Of a stretch of DNA of 64,000 nt, positions 1 to 7,746 are shown piece after piece; position 1 is the first letter of the stretch, and each line of letters starts with the position of its first letter. Source of the DNA: an uncultured bacterium (GTDB lineage Bacteria > Patescibacteriota > Minisyncoccia > UBA6257 > 2-01-FULL-56-20); the NCBI GenBank assembly GCA_963718575.1, contig OY970358.1:386172-450171 (forward strand), read 5' to 3'. The translations under genes were made by a program, and so were the position numbers. A model generated the notes under the pieces. That model was not told the DNA's origin. It ran no database searches and was given only the letters and a program-made list of their open reading frames with translations.

Positions 1-488
1 TTCTTGAAGTCGTGCGTCCCGGCCCAACCGTAGGCGATCAATTCATGGGCGGGAAGATAATCTTTCCTGCCGATAACAGCATTGCTCTTAAGCCAAATGA
101 GTAGCTGAGAAAAATGCACGCCAGCCCGTTCCATGCCGTCGCGAAGCGCAAAAAGCATCTTATCCGAGTTAAAAATATAGACGGTGTTCTTGCGCTCAAG
201 ATGGGGCACGATCGCAGACAGCCACTCAGCCGTAAAGCGAGCGTACTCGCTCTCGGAGGCAAAGTTGTCGTTCAAGATATTTTTTGCCACTCTGATCTTT
301 GCGAATCCCGCCTTCGATTCCGCATATGCTACGGAATATGGAACGTCGCAACAGACGAGTTTTATTTTCCGCTTCCCGACGAGCCGATTCACAAGATCGG
401 CATCGCGGGCATCTGCGCACATGAGCAAATGATTTCCAATGCGGAACGCATCCCCATATTCTATTTTTTTAATTGAGTTTTTTGGCAT
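1..488 (-). CDS. DNA methyltransferase (N6-adenine/N4-cytosine class), partial; runs off window start
   Basis: Minus-strand translation from ATG at 488-486: MPKNSIKKIEYGDAFRIGNHLLMCADARDADLVNRLVGKRKIKLVCCDVPYSV... has a DVPY (DPPY-like) catalytic motif and an N-terminal pattern typical of N4/N6 MTases. It overlaps the stop of the upstream MTase by 20 nt and is absent from the ORF track because it is truncated by the window edge. Confidence 0.6.
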   Translation of the reverse strand, partial: MPKNSIKKIEYGDAFRIGNHLLMCADARDADLVNRLVGKRKIKLVCCDVPYSVAYAESKAGFAKIRVAKNILNDNFASESEYARFTAEWLSAIVPHLERKNTVYIFNSDKMLFALRDGMERAGVHFSQLLIWLKSNAVIGRKDYLPAHELIAYGWAGTHDFK

Positions 489-1752
489 GGATATTGGTCA
501 GGCGTTCAAACCTGGAAATAGTTAGATCGCAAAATACCGGTTCCAATTCGACCGTGTAGACCCGGCGCTTCAGTTGATGGGCGCTGATTAATGTGCTGCC
601 GCTGCCGCAGAAACTATCTAATATGATGTCGCCCGGCTTCGTGCAGCGGCGTATCGCTCGCTCGTGGAGCGTGGGCGGCTTGCTGGTTGCATGCTGATAC
701 TCGCTGCCCGGCAACCGCTTCGCCAGCCATATCTCAATGCCGTCGAGAATATCGTCGAGCGTGCGATTGCCCGTGCCGATCTCCTTATTCATGATCTCGG
801 AAAGATTTTCGATGCCCTTCGTGATCGGCGGCTTGTTTCTGACTCCATAAATACAAGGTTCATAAATCTTGCTGAACGCCACGCCGGGCGTTAACCCCAA
901 TCCATTTTTGATCCATAAGCAGGTGCGCTTGTAATCAATGCCGATCTCCCGATAGAGCGTCTGCAACAACCATACGTACGAGGAATCGCAGTAATAGAAG
1001 ACGTGCACGTCATCCTTCGCGACTGCGAGCGCGTTTACCATGCTCTTGCGGAGGAATTCCCTATAGGCTTCGTCGGTGCGCGTATCATTCACGCTGCCGC
1101 CGTAATTGGCGCGGCCGCCGACACCCTTCGCATAATCGACGCCCCCGCGCAAATTGTAGACCGGATCGGAATAGATCATCGATGCCTTATCGTTGCCGAA
1201 CAGCTTTTTGAGGACGGCGGAATCGTTCGCGTCGCCTACGGCCAGCCGGTGCGGTCCCAGCTGATAGATCTCGCCGAGTTTCGATTTCGGCTTTTTTATC
1301 TTCGCACGCTCTTTCTCTTCATCCCAATGGTCATCTTCCGCTTCGAGCATGCCGTCCCACAGATTTGCGAGTTCGTTCTCATCCATGCCGATCTCAATTA
1401 ACGTCTCGATATCGAAGGCCTGGAGCTTGGAAACGTCCCATTCGCCATGCAGCGCGTTGCTCGCGATCAAATAGCGATCGAATTCTTCCTTAGTGAGCTT
1501 GCGGTTCGGCACTCTGACGTCGACCATCTGATCGCCCATGCCCATTTCCATCATCGCTTGATGGCGGTGCTCCCCTGCGGCGATCGTGCCGTCGACATCG
1601 ATGACGATGATTTCGGCGTAACCGTTAATCTTGAGGCTCTTCTTTAAATTGCCGAACTGCCGCTCCGTATTGGTATTTGGATTTTGAGGACAAGGCTTAA
1701 GACTTTTCAAAAGCCTCCGTTCGTTGTGCCACGCTAAAGGTTGTCTGTTCAT
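469..1752 (-). CDS. ParB-like nuclease domain fused to a DNA N6/N4 methyltransferase (phage-type orphan MTase)
   Basis: The N-terminal region (IIVIDVDGTIAAGEHRHQAMMEMG) resembles a ParB/Srx fold. The C-terminal half has the SDPVYN (DPPY-like) motif followed by ILDSFCGSGST (the FxGxG AdoMet motif), the order expected for a beta-class N6A/N4C MTase. Confidence 0.75.
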   Translation of the reverse strand: MNRQPLAWHNERRLLKSLKPCPQNPNTNTERQFGNLKKSLKINGYAEIIVIDVDGTIAAGEHRHQAMMEMGMGDQMVDVRVPNRKLTKEEFDRYLIASNALHGEWDVSKLQAFDIETLIEIGMDENELANLWDGMLEAEDDHWDEEKERAKIKKPKSKLGEIYQLGPHRLAVGDANDSAVLKKLFGNDKASMIYSDPVYNLRGGVDYAKGVGGRANYGGSVNDTRTDEAYREFLRKSMVNALAVAKDDVHVFYYCDSSYVWLLQTLYREIGIDYKRTCLWIKNGLGLTPGVAFSKIYEPCIYGVRNKPPITKGIENLSEIMNKEIGTGNRTLDDILDGIEIWLAKRLPGSEYQHATSKPPTLHERAIRRCTKPGDIILDSFCGSGSTLISAHQLKRRVYTVELEPVFCDLTISRFERLTNIHAKKLN

Positions 1753-1771
1753 TGAGTTTATTTAATTAATT

Positions 1772-2146
1772 TTAATTTGCCTTCTTTTGGCCTTTTATCT
1801 GCAGCTCGCCGACATACTGGAGCCACAGCCGAATTGCACCCGGATTTCCTTCTTTCGCCTTTTCGCGGAGGGCGTTGATGACCTCCGGCAGATCGCTCTT
1901 CTCCCGCGCGAGAATTTCGTGTCGGATCAGCGCGGCGAATCCCGGCAATTTTTTCCAGTCCGATAACGTATCGGGGCTGACTCCGAATTTTTTCGCGAAC
2001 ATCTCCTGCGTTTTTACCTCGCGCAATGTGCGCGGCGTCGCGGAAAACCTGACGAATTCTTCAAATTCGCTGGTCAACCTGATGGACGGCAAAATTCTCT
2101 TAATCTCGGACTCCATAGGAGTGGAAACGTTTATTTTGGGGTTCAT
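1772..2146 (-). CDS. small HTH protein, possibly a phage terminase small subunit-like or transcriptional regulator
   Basis: MFAKKFGVSPDTLSDWKK is helix-turn-helix-like. The ORF lies next to phage-type methyltransferases. The start was chosen at the internal Met (MNPKINV). Confidence 0.3.
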   Translation of the reverse strand: MNPKINVSTPMESEIKRILPSIRLTSEFEEFVRFSATPRTLREVKTQEMFAKKFGVSPDTLSDWKKLPGFAALIRHEILAREKSDLPEVINALREKAKEGNPGAIRLWLQYVGELQIKGQKKAN

Positions 2147-2512
2147 AATGTTATTTTTTATTGATTTCGGCCTTTTTGAGCAACAAAAAAACCCGAGATA
2201 AATCCACGACATCCCAGCAAAGGAATGTCTTTGGACTTATCTCGGGCTCATCCGATGGCGAGGTCTAAGTATAGACCTTACGAACCACGGTATACCGACC
2301 TCGTGCTACGCGGGTATGATTTTCCTCCTAGTCCCGCCTATGAAGAAAACCACAACTATTTACTTTTCAAAAATAAAACCGTCGCGGGATATTTTCATTG
2401 TACCCATCTCGCATCTTAAATCAAGACCCGGCTGCCTGTGCAAAACCCAATGCTTTATAGCAACGCGAATAGCGCTCTTCGCGGAACCGAAAGAACCTGC
2501 TAAAATGCAACT

Positions 2513-3190
2513 ATGCTGATAAAGAAAATCGGGCATTGCTGCCTCCTTATAAGATCCGGATCGGGCGACAACCCGTTGATACTAACCGATCCCGGCTCGT
2601 TTTCCGTCGCGCAAAATAAGCTGCGAGGCATTGATGCGGTTCTTATCACGCACGAGCATGAGGATCACCTGCATATAAAATCGCTGCAGGAAATTCTCAA
2701 AAATAATCCACACGCGGAAGTGATCGCGAACGAAGGGGTCGGCAAAAAACTCGATAAAGTTAATATACCGCATCGTCGCATGCGCGATCGGGATACCGCT
2801 GAGATCAAGCGCGTTTCTATTGAAGCGTATGATGCCAAGCACGAAGAAATTTTCGAAGAGATCGGGCAGGTTCAAAATACCGCATTCCTCATCGCCGGAA
2901 AGCTCCTCATCCCCGGCGATTCGTTTTTCAAGCCGCCCACGTTCGTCGACATCCTCGCTCTTCCCGTCGCCGGACCGTGGTGCAAAATCGGCGATGCAAT
3001 CCGGTATGCGCTCGATGTGCATCCTGCGATAGCATTCCCGATCCACGATGGCATGCTCCAGCGCGATCGGGTCGGAGCGGCCTTTCGGATCCCCGAACAG
3101 GTATTAAAGAAGAACGATATTAACTTCGTAACGCTGGAAGAAGGGCAAGAGCATAATTTTTTATTCGCGGGATTTAAAGATGAGAAATAA
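2513..3190 (+). CDS. metallo-beta-lactamase fold hydrolase
   Basis: The ITHEHEDH (HxHxDH) zinc-binding motif is present, with downstream His/Asp residues (PIHDG). Confidence 0.7.
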   Translation: MLIKKIGHCCLLIRSGSGDNPLILTDPGSFSVAQNKLRGIDAVLITHEHEDHLHIKSLQEILKNNPHAEVIANEGVGKKLDKVNIPHRRMRDRDTAEIKRVSIEAYDAKHEEIFEEIGQVQNTAFLIAGKLLIPGDSFFKPPTFVDILALPVAGPWCKIGDAIRYALDVHPAIAFPIHDGMLQRDRVGAAFRIPEQVLKKNDINFVTLEEGQEHNFLFAGFKDEK

Positions 3191-3247
3191 ATATGACCAT
3201 GCCAACAAATAACTCTTCATTGAACCCTCAGCGAGCACGGCGCGAGT

Positions 3248-3309
<62 letters not shown>

Positions 3310-3329
3310 AATCCTTGGATGAATTTTTA

Positions 3330-4355
3330 TTAGCTTCCGGCCGCCCATTTGTTTTCTTCCCTGAACCAAAAAGGAAATTCTTCTTTGATGTGCTGAGCGA
3401 GACGCGCCGCGTTGCCGTGCGTGAGCATTCCCGCATACGACGCCACCGCCTGTTCGGTGGGATTTTCTCTCAGGCCGCGAAACATTCGCTTCTTGCTCGC
3501 CGTCCGCACGACGCGATGATCGGGAAAATGAATCCATCCGAGGAAATCGATGCCCGAGGCGAAACTCTTGATATAAACTTTATCGGGATGAAGGGCAAGC
3601 TTGAGCCGCTCGCCGAGAAATACGCTGATCTGCGGCATCAGATTTTCCAGGTACCGTCTGTCGCGAGAAAGTATTGCGAAATCGTCGGCATAACGGAGAT
3701 AGTACGCTATCTTCAGCTCGCGCTTCATAAATTGGTCGAATTCATTCATATAAATATTCACAAGAAGTTGCGAGGTAAGATTGCCGAGCGGAAGCCCCAC
3801 GCCCGGCCTCGTCGACGAGAAGCTCCCGATCACTTCTCCGAGAAGCCATCGGATTCCTTCGTCGGAAATCCGGCGGTGCAAAATTTCCGAAAGCACGCCA
3901 TGGTCGATTGTCGCGAAGAACTTCCGGATGTCGCATTTCAAGACCCAGACCGTTTTCGTATGATTCGCGCTCTCCTTGCGGGCGAACGAATCAAAACAAT
4001 CCAGCGCCCTATGCGTTCCCTTGTCGACGCGGCAGGAATACGAGTGAGAGATAAACGTTGTATCGAAGAACGGATAAAGCCTTCTATAAATGGCATGATG
4101 AAGCAAGCGATCCCGCACGGACGCCTTATGGATATTGCGCGGCTTCGGGTCGCAGATGTTGAACGCACGATACGGCCCATGCCGATACGAATGAGAAATG
4201 AGATCCCGATGGAGCAGGAAGATATGATCCATGAGGCGCAGCGAGAATTCCTGAACATCGGGTTTATTCCGCTTGCCGACAATGAATTCCGTCCACGCCT
4301 CCAAAAGATTTTCGACGCTCGCGATATCTTCGAGCGTACCCTGAAACTGAATCAT
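3330..4355 (-). CDS. diversity-generating retroelement (DGR) reverse transcriptase
   Basis: The RT motifs appear in the correct order: SYSCRVDKGTHRAL (DGR-type motif 2), LPLGNLTSQ (the DGR-specific [ILV]GxxxSQ in place of QGxxxSP) and YLRYADDFAIL (catalytic YADD). The 341-aa size is typical of DGR RTs, and TR/VR repeats lie adjacent. Confidence 0.88.
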   Translation of the reverse strand: MIQFQGTLEDIASVENLLEAWTEFIVGKRNKPDVQEFSLRLMDHIFLLHRDLISHSYRHGPYRAFNICDPKPRNIHKASVRDRLLHHAIYRRLYPFFDTTFISHSYSCRVDKGTHRALDCFDSFARKESANHTKTVWVLKCDIRKFFATIDHGVLSEILHRRISDEGIRWLLGEVIGSFSSTRPGVGLPLGNLTSQLLVNIYMNEFDQFMKRELKIAYYLRYADDFAILSRDRRYLENLMPQISVFLGERLKLALHPDKVYIKSFASGIDFLGWIHFPDHRVVRTASKKRMFRGLRENPTEQAVASYAGMLTHGNAARLAQHIKEEFPFWFREENKWAAGS

Positions 4356-4364
4356 GTATAAAGT

Positions 4365-4766
4365 ATGAACGAAACAACGCCAATTCCCAACCGTGCGACG
4401 CTGCCGATCCTGAAGCGGCTGATTACGGTATATAAATCATGGCATGAGACGATGCCCAATCTCGCGAAGACTTCGCGCTATACTTTGGGCGAGAAAATCG
4501 ACGCGCACCTCCTTGAGGTAATCGAACTTGTTTACACGGCAAGCTTTTTGCCGAAGGAGGAGAAATTACCGCTCCTGCAGAAAGCGATGGCGAAAACCGA
4601 TCTTCTCAAATTCTTCTTCCAGATAGGCTGGGAAATAAAATCGCTCGATGTCAAAAAATATATCGCGTTTTCTGAACAGCTCGATGAGATAGGCAGACAG
4701 CTCGGCGGATGGGCGCGGCAGTCGGCACAAAAAGAAACTCCCGCCCCCAAACGAGGGCGGGATTGA
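4365..4766 (+). CDS. avd: Avd-like accessory variability determinant (four-helix-bundle protein, TIGR02436-like)
   Basis: This 133-aa helical protein has a C-terminal LDEIGRQLGGWARQ resembling the bAvd C-terminus IAEVGRILGSWIAR, with matching overall helix periodicity. It lies between the TR and the RT but on the opposite strand, with its start codon 9 nt from the RT start. Confidence 0.65.
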   Translation: MNETTPIPNRATLPILKRLITVYKSWHETMPNLAKTSRYTLGEKIDAHLLEVIELVYTASFLPKEEKLPLLQKAMAKTDLLKFFFQIGWEIKSLDVKKYIAFSEQLDEIGRQLGGWARQSAQKETPAPKRGRD

Positions 4767-4777
4767 AACGAAGAGGG

Positions 4778-4910
4778 TTGCGCGGGCGGACGCCAGCGAG
4801 GACGCAGTTGTCGTTGAACCTGTTGTCGGGATAGTTCAGGTTGAGCTTGCGGTACTTAGCGTTGCGGTTCAAGTACACGATGCGACGGTTGCGGTTCGGG
4901 TCCAGCCAAG
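4778..4910 (-). repeat. DGR template repeat (TR), 133 bp
   Basis: It aligns base for base with 5309..5441 (offset 531). It has A on the minus (coding-sense) strand at all 16 mismatch positions and reads as AAC-rich codons in the target frame (LNRNAKYRKLNLNYPDNRFNDN). An A-free GC-rich 28-nt tract lies at its 3' end. Confidence 0.88.
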
Positions 4911-5228
4911 GAATGTGCGGAAAGTCATCTGCGCCACCGCCTCTCGGTGCCGGGCGAGAAATCTCGAAGCCGACAGCTTAAGGCTGAATCGAATTTGGAA
5001 TGTCCCCGTGAAGGTAATTCTCCAACTTCCCGCACCAAGCATCCTCGATTTCAAAAACATCAAGAGTCACACTGGAATGAGGCGTACCCGATTCCACTCC
5101 GGACTCTTGCGATGCTGGGTTCGACCGCCCGAAGCCGTAGCCGCAGGCATGCTGATCTACTTCCTGATAGTAATTGTGAGCCATTTTTATAAAAAAATAA
5201 AATCGGAAGACAAGTTCAAAAAAGAAAT

Positions 5229-5252
5229 GCCCGTTCCAAAATCGGAACGGGC
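5229..5252 (-). terminator. hairpin (9-bp stem gcccgttcc/ggaacgggc) followed by a T-run on the minus strand; terminator of the DGR target gene and possible DGR-associated stem-loop
   Basis: Inverted repeat read from the sequence. On the minus strand it is followed by tttcttttttg. It lies 46 nt 3' of the target-gene stop, between VR and TR. Confidence 0.5.
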
Positions 5253-5298
5253 AAAGGGACTGAGGGTCAAAAATCCAGAGGGCGAAAGCGCTTCAGTT

Positions 5299-5931
5299 CT
5301 AAGACTGTTTGCGCGGGCGGACGCCAGCGAGGACGCAGCCGCCGTCGAACCTGTCGACGGGATAGAACAGGTCGAGCTCGCGGTACTCAGCGCCGCGGCG
5401 CAAGTACACGATGCGACGGTTGCGGCTCGGGTCCAGCCAAGCTTCGTGCAGGAAGATCACGAACGGCTTCTTTCCGGAAGTCGTCGCTTTCCCGTGCTGC
5501 TCGGCGAAACGGATGCCGTGCTCGTACGTCGGGCGAAGCAGACCCTTCTCTTTCAGGATCGCAAGACCTTCTTCTTCGCTGAAGCTCTTGCCGGGGTCGA
5601 CGATTTCGATCTCGTCATCCCACGGCGTTTCGGAGGCTGTCAGCGGGAAGTTGGCCTGCGTGATCCAGTCGTTGAAGGGAAAGCCCAGCGCGGCCGTGAT
5701 CTCGTCGGTGTTGTTCGACCCGCCCATCTTCACCGTGAAGACAGAGGGGTCGAAGCCGAGAACCTTCTGAAACTCGTCTCGGTTGACCTTTGTCGGGTCG
5801 AGTTCCGCAGCGCAGCGCCGAAGATCGGTGAGAAGTCCGGAAGCAATCAATGCTTGAAGCTGACCGGACTCAAGGGTTTCAAACAGTTCGGCAAGATGCT
5901 TGCCTTGGGAAAGGGTAGCGGTCGTTGTCAT
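5299..5931 (-). CDS. DGR target (variable) protein, 210 aa, C-terminal VR-encoded domain (possibly a C-type-lectin/FGE-like fold)
   Basis: An AAGGAG RBS lies 6 nt upstream of the ATG at 5931. The C-terminus WLDPSRNRRIVYLRRGAEYRELDLFYPVDRFDGGCVLAGVRPRKQS is encoded by the VR. No signal peptide was recognised. Confidence 0.8.
   Translation of the reverse strand: MTTTATLSQGKHLAELFETLESGQLQALIASGLLTDLRRCAAELDPTKVNRDEFQKVLGFDPSVFTVKMGGSNNTDEITAALGFPFNDWITQANFPLTASETPWDDEIEIVDPGKSFSEEEGLAILKEKGLLRPTYEHGIRFAEQHGKATTSGKKPFVIFLHEAWLDPSRNRRIVYLRRGAEYRELDLFYPVDRFDGGCVLAGVRPRKQS
5309..5441 (-). repeat. DGR variable repeat (VR) at the 3' end of the target gene
   Basis: It is 117/133 identical to the TR, and all 16 differences map to TR adenines (coding strand A to G at 12, A to T at 3, A to C at 1). 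It encodes the C-terminal 44 aa of the target protein and ends 8 nt before the stop. Confidence 0.88.
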
Positions 5932-6102
5932 ATGCAACTCCTTCTGCTAGTCCACCGTTTGGATTTTTTGATTGGCGGGTTATAGCTTTCAGGCCGCGAG
6001 ATGGCTCATGGGCTGGAAGCTATAACCGCACCTTGGTTTATTAAAGAACGCTATCATTATACTATTATCAGAAATGCTTGTCAATGGCTCGGTTTTTTGT
6101 AT

Positions 6103-6220
6103 AAAAGTTAACGCGATCCGAGGAGAAGCCATTGTCCAATAGCCCTTATTTCTTCTGGTCTTTTTGAAAAGTTAACATATGAAAGTTAACGTGCCGATCT
6201 GTGTAAAGTTTGTTAACTTT
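6103..6220. promoter_or_regulatory. cluster of four AAAGTTAAC / GTTAAC palindromic motifs in the upstream region of the DGR target gene
   Basis: aaaagttaac (6103-6112), gaaaagttaac (6166-6176), gaaagttaac (6181-6190) and aaagtttgttaacttt (6205-6220), read directly from the sequence in an AT-rich intergenic region. Confidence 0.35.
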
Positions 6221-6340
6221 TCTCGGAAGGATAGCGACCGAGACACCTCGATCCTATTTTCGCTCCGACCCCTTAAAAACGCTTATGGGGCTTGAACGGT
6301 AAAAGTTCTAAACCGACACACACCGCCAGCATTAAAAATG

Positions 6341-6721
6341 TTAGCAAACCGCCGTACGCAGTTTCTCGCTGCGAAGATACAGCCCCGCCCACAAAAGCAC
6401 GGCTACAATCACCGGCGACAAGGTAATGACTAGCGGATTGCCGGCGCGCACGTTGAAATCCACCGCTCCGCCAAGATATCCGGAAAGAAGGATTGCGCCG
6501 ATCGCGGACGTGCGCGGAATAATATAGAGCAAAACACAGACGAGCTCAATGATGGCGAGCGGCACGATGATGCTCAATGAGTATCCGCCCTGCTGATAAG
6601 CCTGAATGACGGCTGCCGGGCGAGCAATATGAATGATGCCATCGAACGCCATGAACGCCGCCGAAAGAGTGCTCACCACACGCCCTGTCCAAAGCCACTT
6701 TTCATTATTCAAATTCAGCAT
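6341..6721 (-). CDS. DoxX-family integral membrane protein
   Basis: The 126-aa ORF has 3-4 hydrophobic helices with a composition typical of DoxX-like proteins. Confidence 0.45.
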   Translation of the reverse strand: MLNLNNEKWLWTGRVVSTLSAAFMAFDGIIHIARPAAVIQAYQQGGYSLSIIVPLAIIELVCVLLYIIPRTSAIGAILLSGYLGGAVDFNVRAGNPLVITLSPVIVAVLLWAGLYLRSEKLRTAVC

Positions 6722-6794
6722 GGTCTTAGCTTGATTAGCTCATAACCATTATTCCAAATCTACGACGAGATTGTCAAAACCCTCCCCTGCCCTA

Positions 6795-6926
6795 CTAAAA
6801 CAGAAGTCGATAAATAAGTATGATGAGCGCAATAACGAGCAACGCATGGATCAAGCTGCCACCGATCTTGAATCCGAAACCCAGAAGCCAAAGCACTAAT
6901 AAAATTATAACGATAGTCCATAGCAT
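6795..6926 (-). CDS. small hydrophobic peptide (43 aa), Pmp3/YqaE-like?
   Basis: MLWTIVIILLVLWLLGFGFKIGGSLIHALLVIALIILIYRLLF from a manual translation. It is not in the ORF track and competes with other short frames in this region. Confidence 0.2.
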   Translation of the reverse strand: MLWTIVIILLVLWLLGFGFKIGGSLIHALLVIALIILIYRLLF

Positions 6927-7005
6927 ATGAATGATGCCGAAGCACCGCATGGACTATTACACTCCTTAAGCATATGATGTATCACATAGAGGACAAATAC
7001 TTTCC

Positions 7006-7584
7006 ATGAAAAAAAATAAAATATCTGCAAAGAATCCCACGCGCATTGGCGCGGATTTTTTCGATCGGCTGTGGCAGAAGAGCTGGACATATATCAAGAC
7101 CGTTGTTGATGTGGTGCGCGAACCGGTGCTCGTGCTCGACAAAGACCTTCGCGTAATGGCGGCGAACGATGCGTTCTATGAAACGTTCAGGGTTAAATCG
7201 AAAGAAACGGAGGGAAATATCGTGTATCAACTCGGCGACGGCCAGTGGGATATTCCCTCATTGCGAAAACTTCTTGAAGATATCCTTGCGCATAATACTT
7301 TCTTCAAAGGATTTCAGGTCGCCCATGAATTCCCCGGGATCGGGCGCAAGGTGATGATATTGAACGGACGACAGATCTATATTGAAGATTATGATAAAAA
7401 GGACTCGTTCCCGCCGATCATCCTGCTCGCCATCGAAGACGTCACCGAAATGATGGTGGTCGCCGAATCGCTTGCGAGCCACAACGATCAGATTGAAGCA
7501 AAATTCGTCATTCGCACGCAAAGATTGGAGGCACAGATCGAAAAAATGGAGCGGGAGATCGCCAAGCTCAAAAAACGGGCATAA
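7006..7584 (+). CDS. PAS-domain protein with C-terminal coiled coil (paralog 1)
   Basis: The PAS-fold core is REPVLVLDKDLRVMAANDAFYETF...GQWDIPSLRKLLEDIL, and the C-terminus is a heptad-like IEKMEREIAKLKK. It is about 78% identical to the ORF at 8302..8886. Confidence 0.6.
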   Translation: MKKNKISAKNPTRIGADFFDRLWQKSWTYIKTVVDVVREPVLVLDKDLRVMAANDAFYETFRVKSKETEGNIVYQLGDGQWDIPSLRKLLEDILAHNTFFKGFQVAHEFPGIGRKVMILNGRQIYIEDYDKKDSFPPIILLAIEDVTEMMVVAESLASHNDQIEAKFVIRTQRLEAQIEKMEREIAKLKKRA

Positions 7585-7746
7585 GATCGCATCTTGCCAG
7601 AATCACGTTCGCGTGGGATTCTTAGGGTATCATCGTAATCTCGTTGTAACGGCGACCTCCGCCGTGCGCGCCATTTGCCCTATCTATTACCTTGCCGGGG
7701 TAATATTCGTGTCACAGAACACCGTCATCATCGGCTTATATACGTA

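Noticed and set aside
114-476. plus-strand ORFs of 120 and 82 aa at the window start
   Set aside because: They are antisense to the partial DNA methyltransferase, whose frame shows the DVPY catalytic motif.
4651-4878. 75-aa minus-strand ORF MYLNRNAKYRKLNLNY...
   Set aside because: This is the TR read in the target-gene frame (hence the Asn/AAC richness) running into antisense avd. It is a template, not a gene.
4915-5985. 356-aa plus-strand ORF overlapping the DGR target gene and VR
   Set aside because: It is an antisense shadow of a GC-rich coding region. The RBS, motifs and VR frame support the minus-strand gene.
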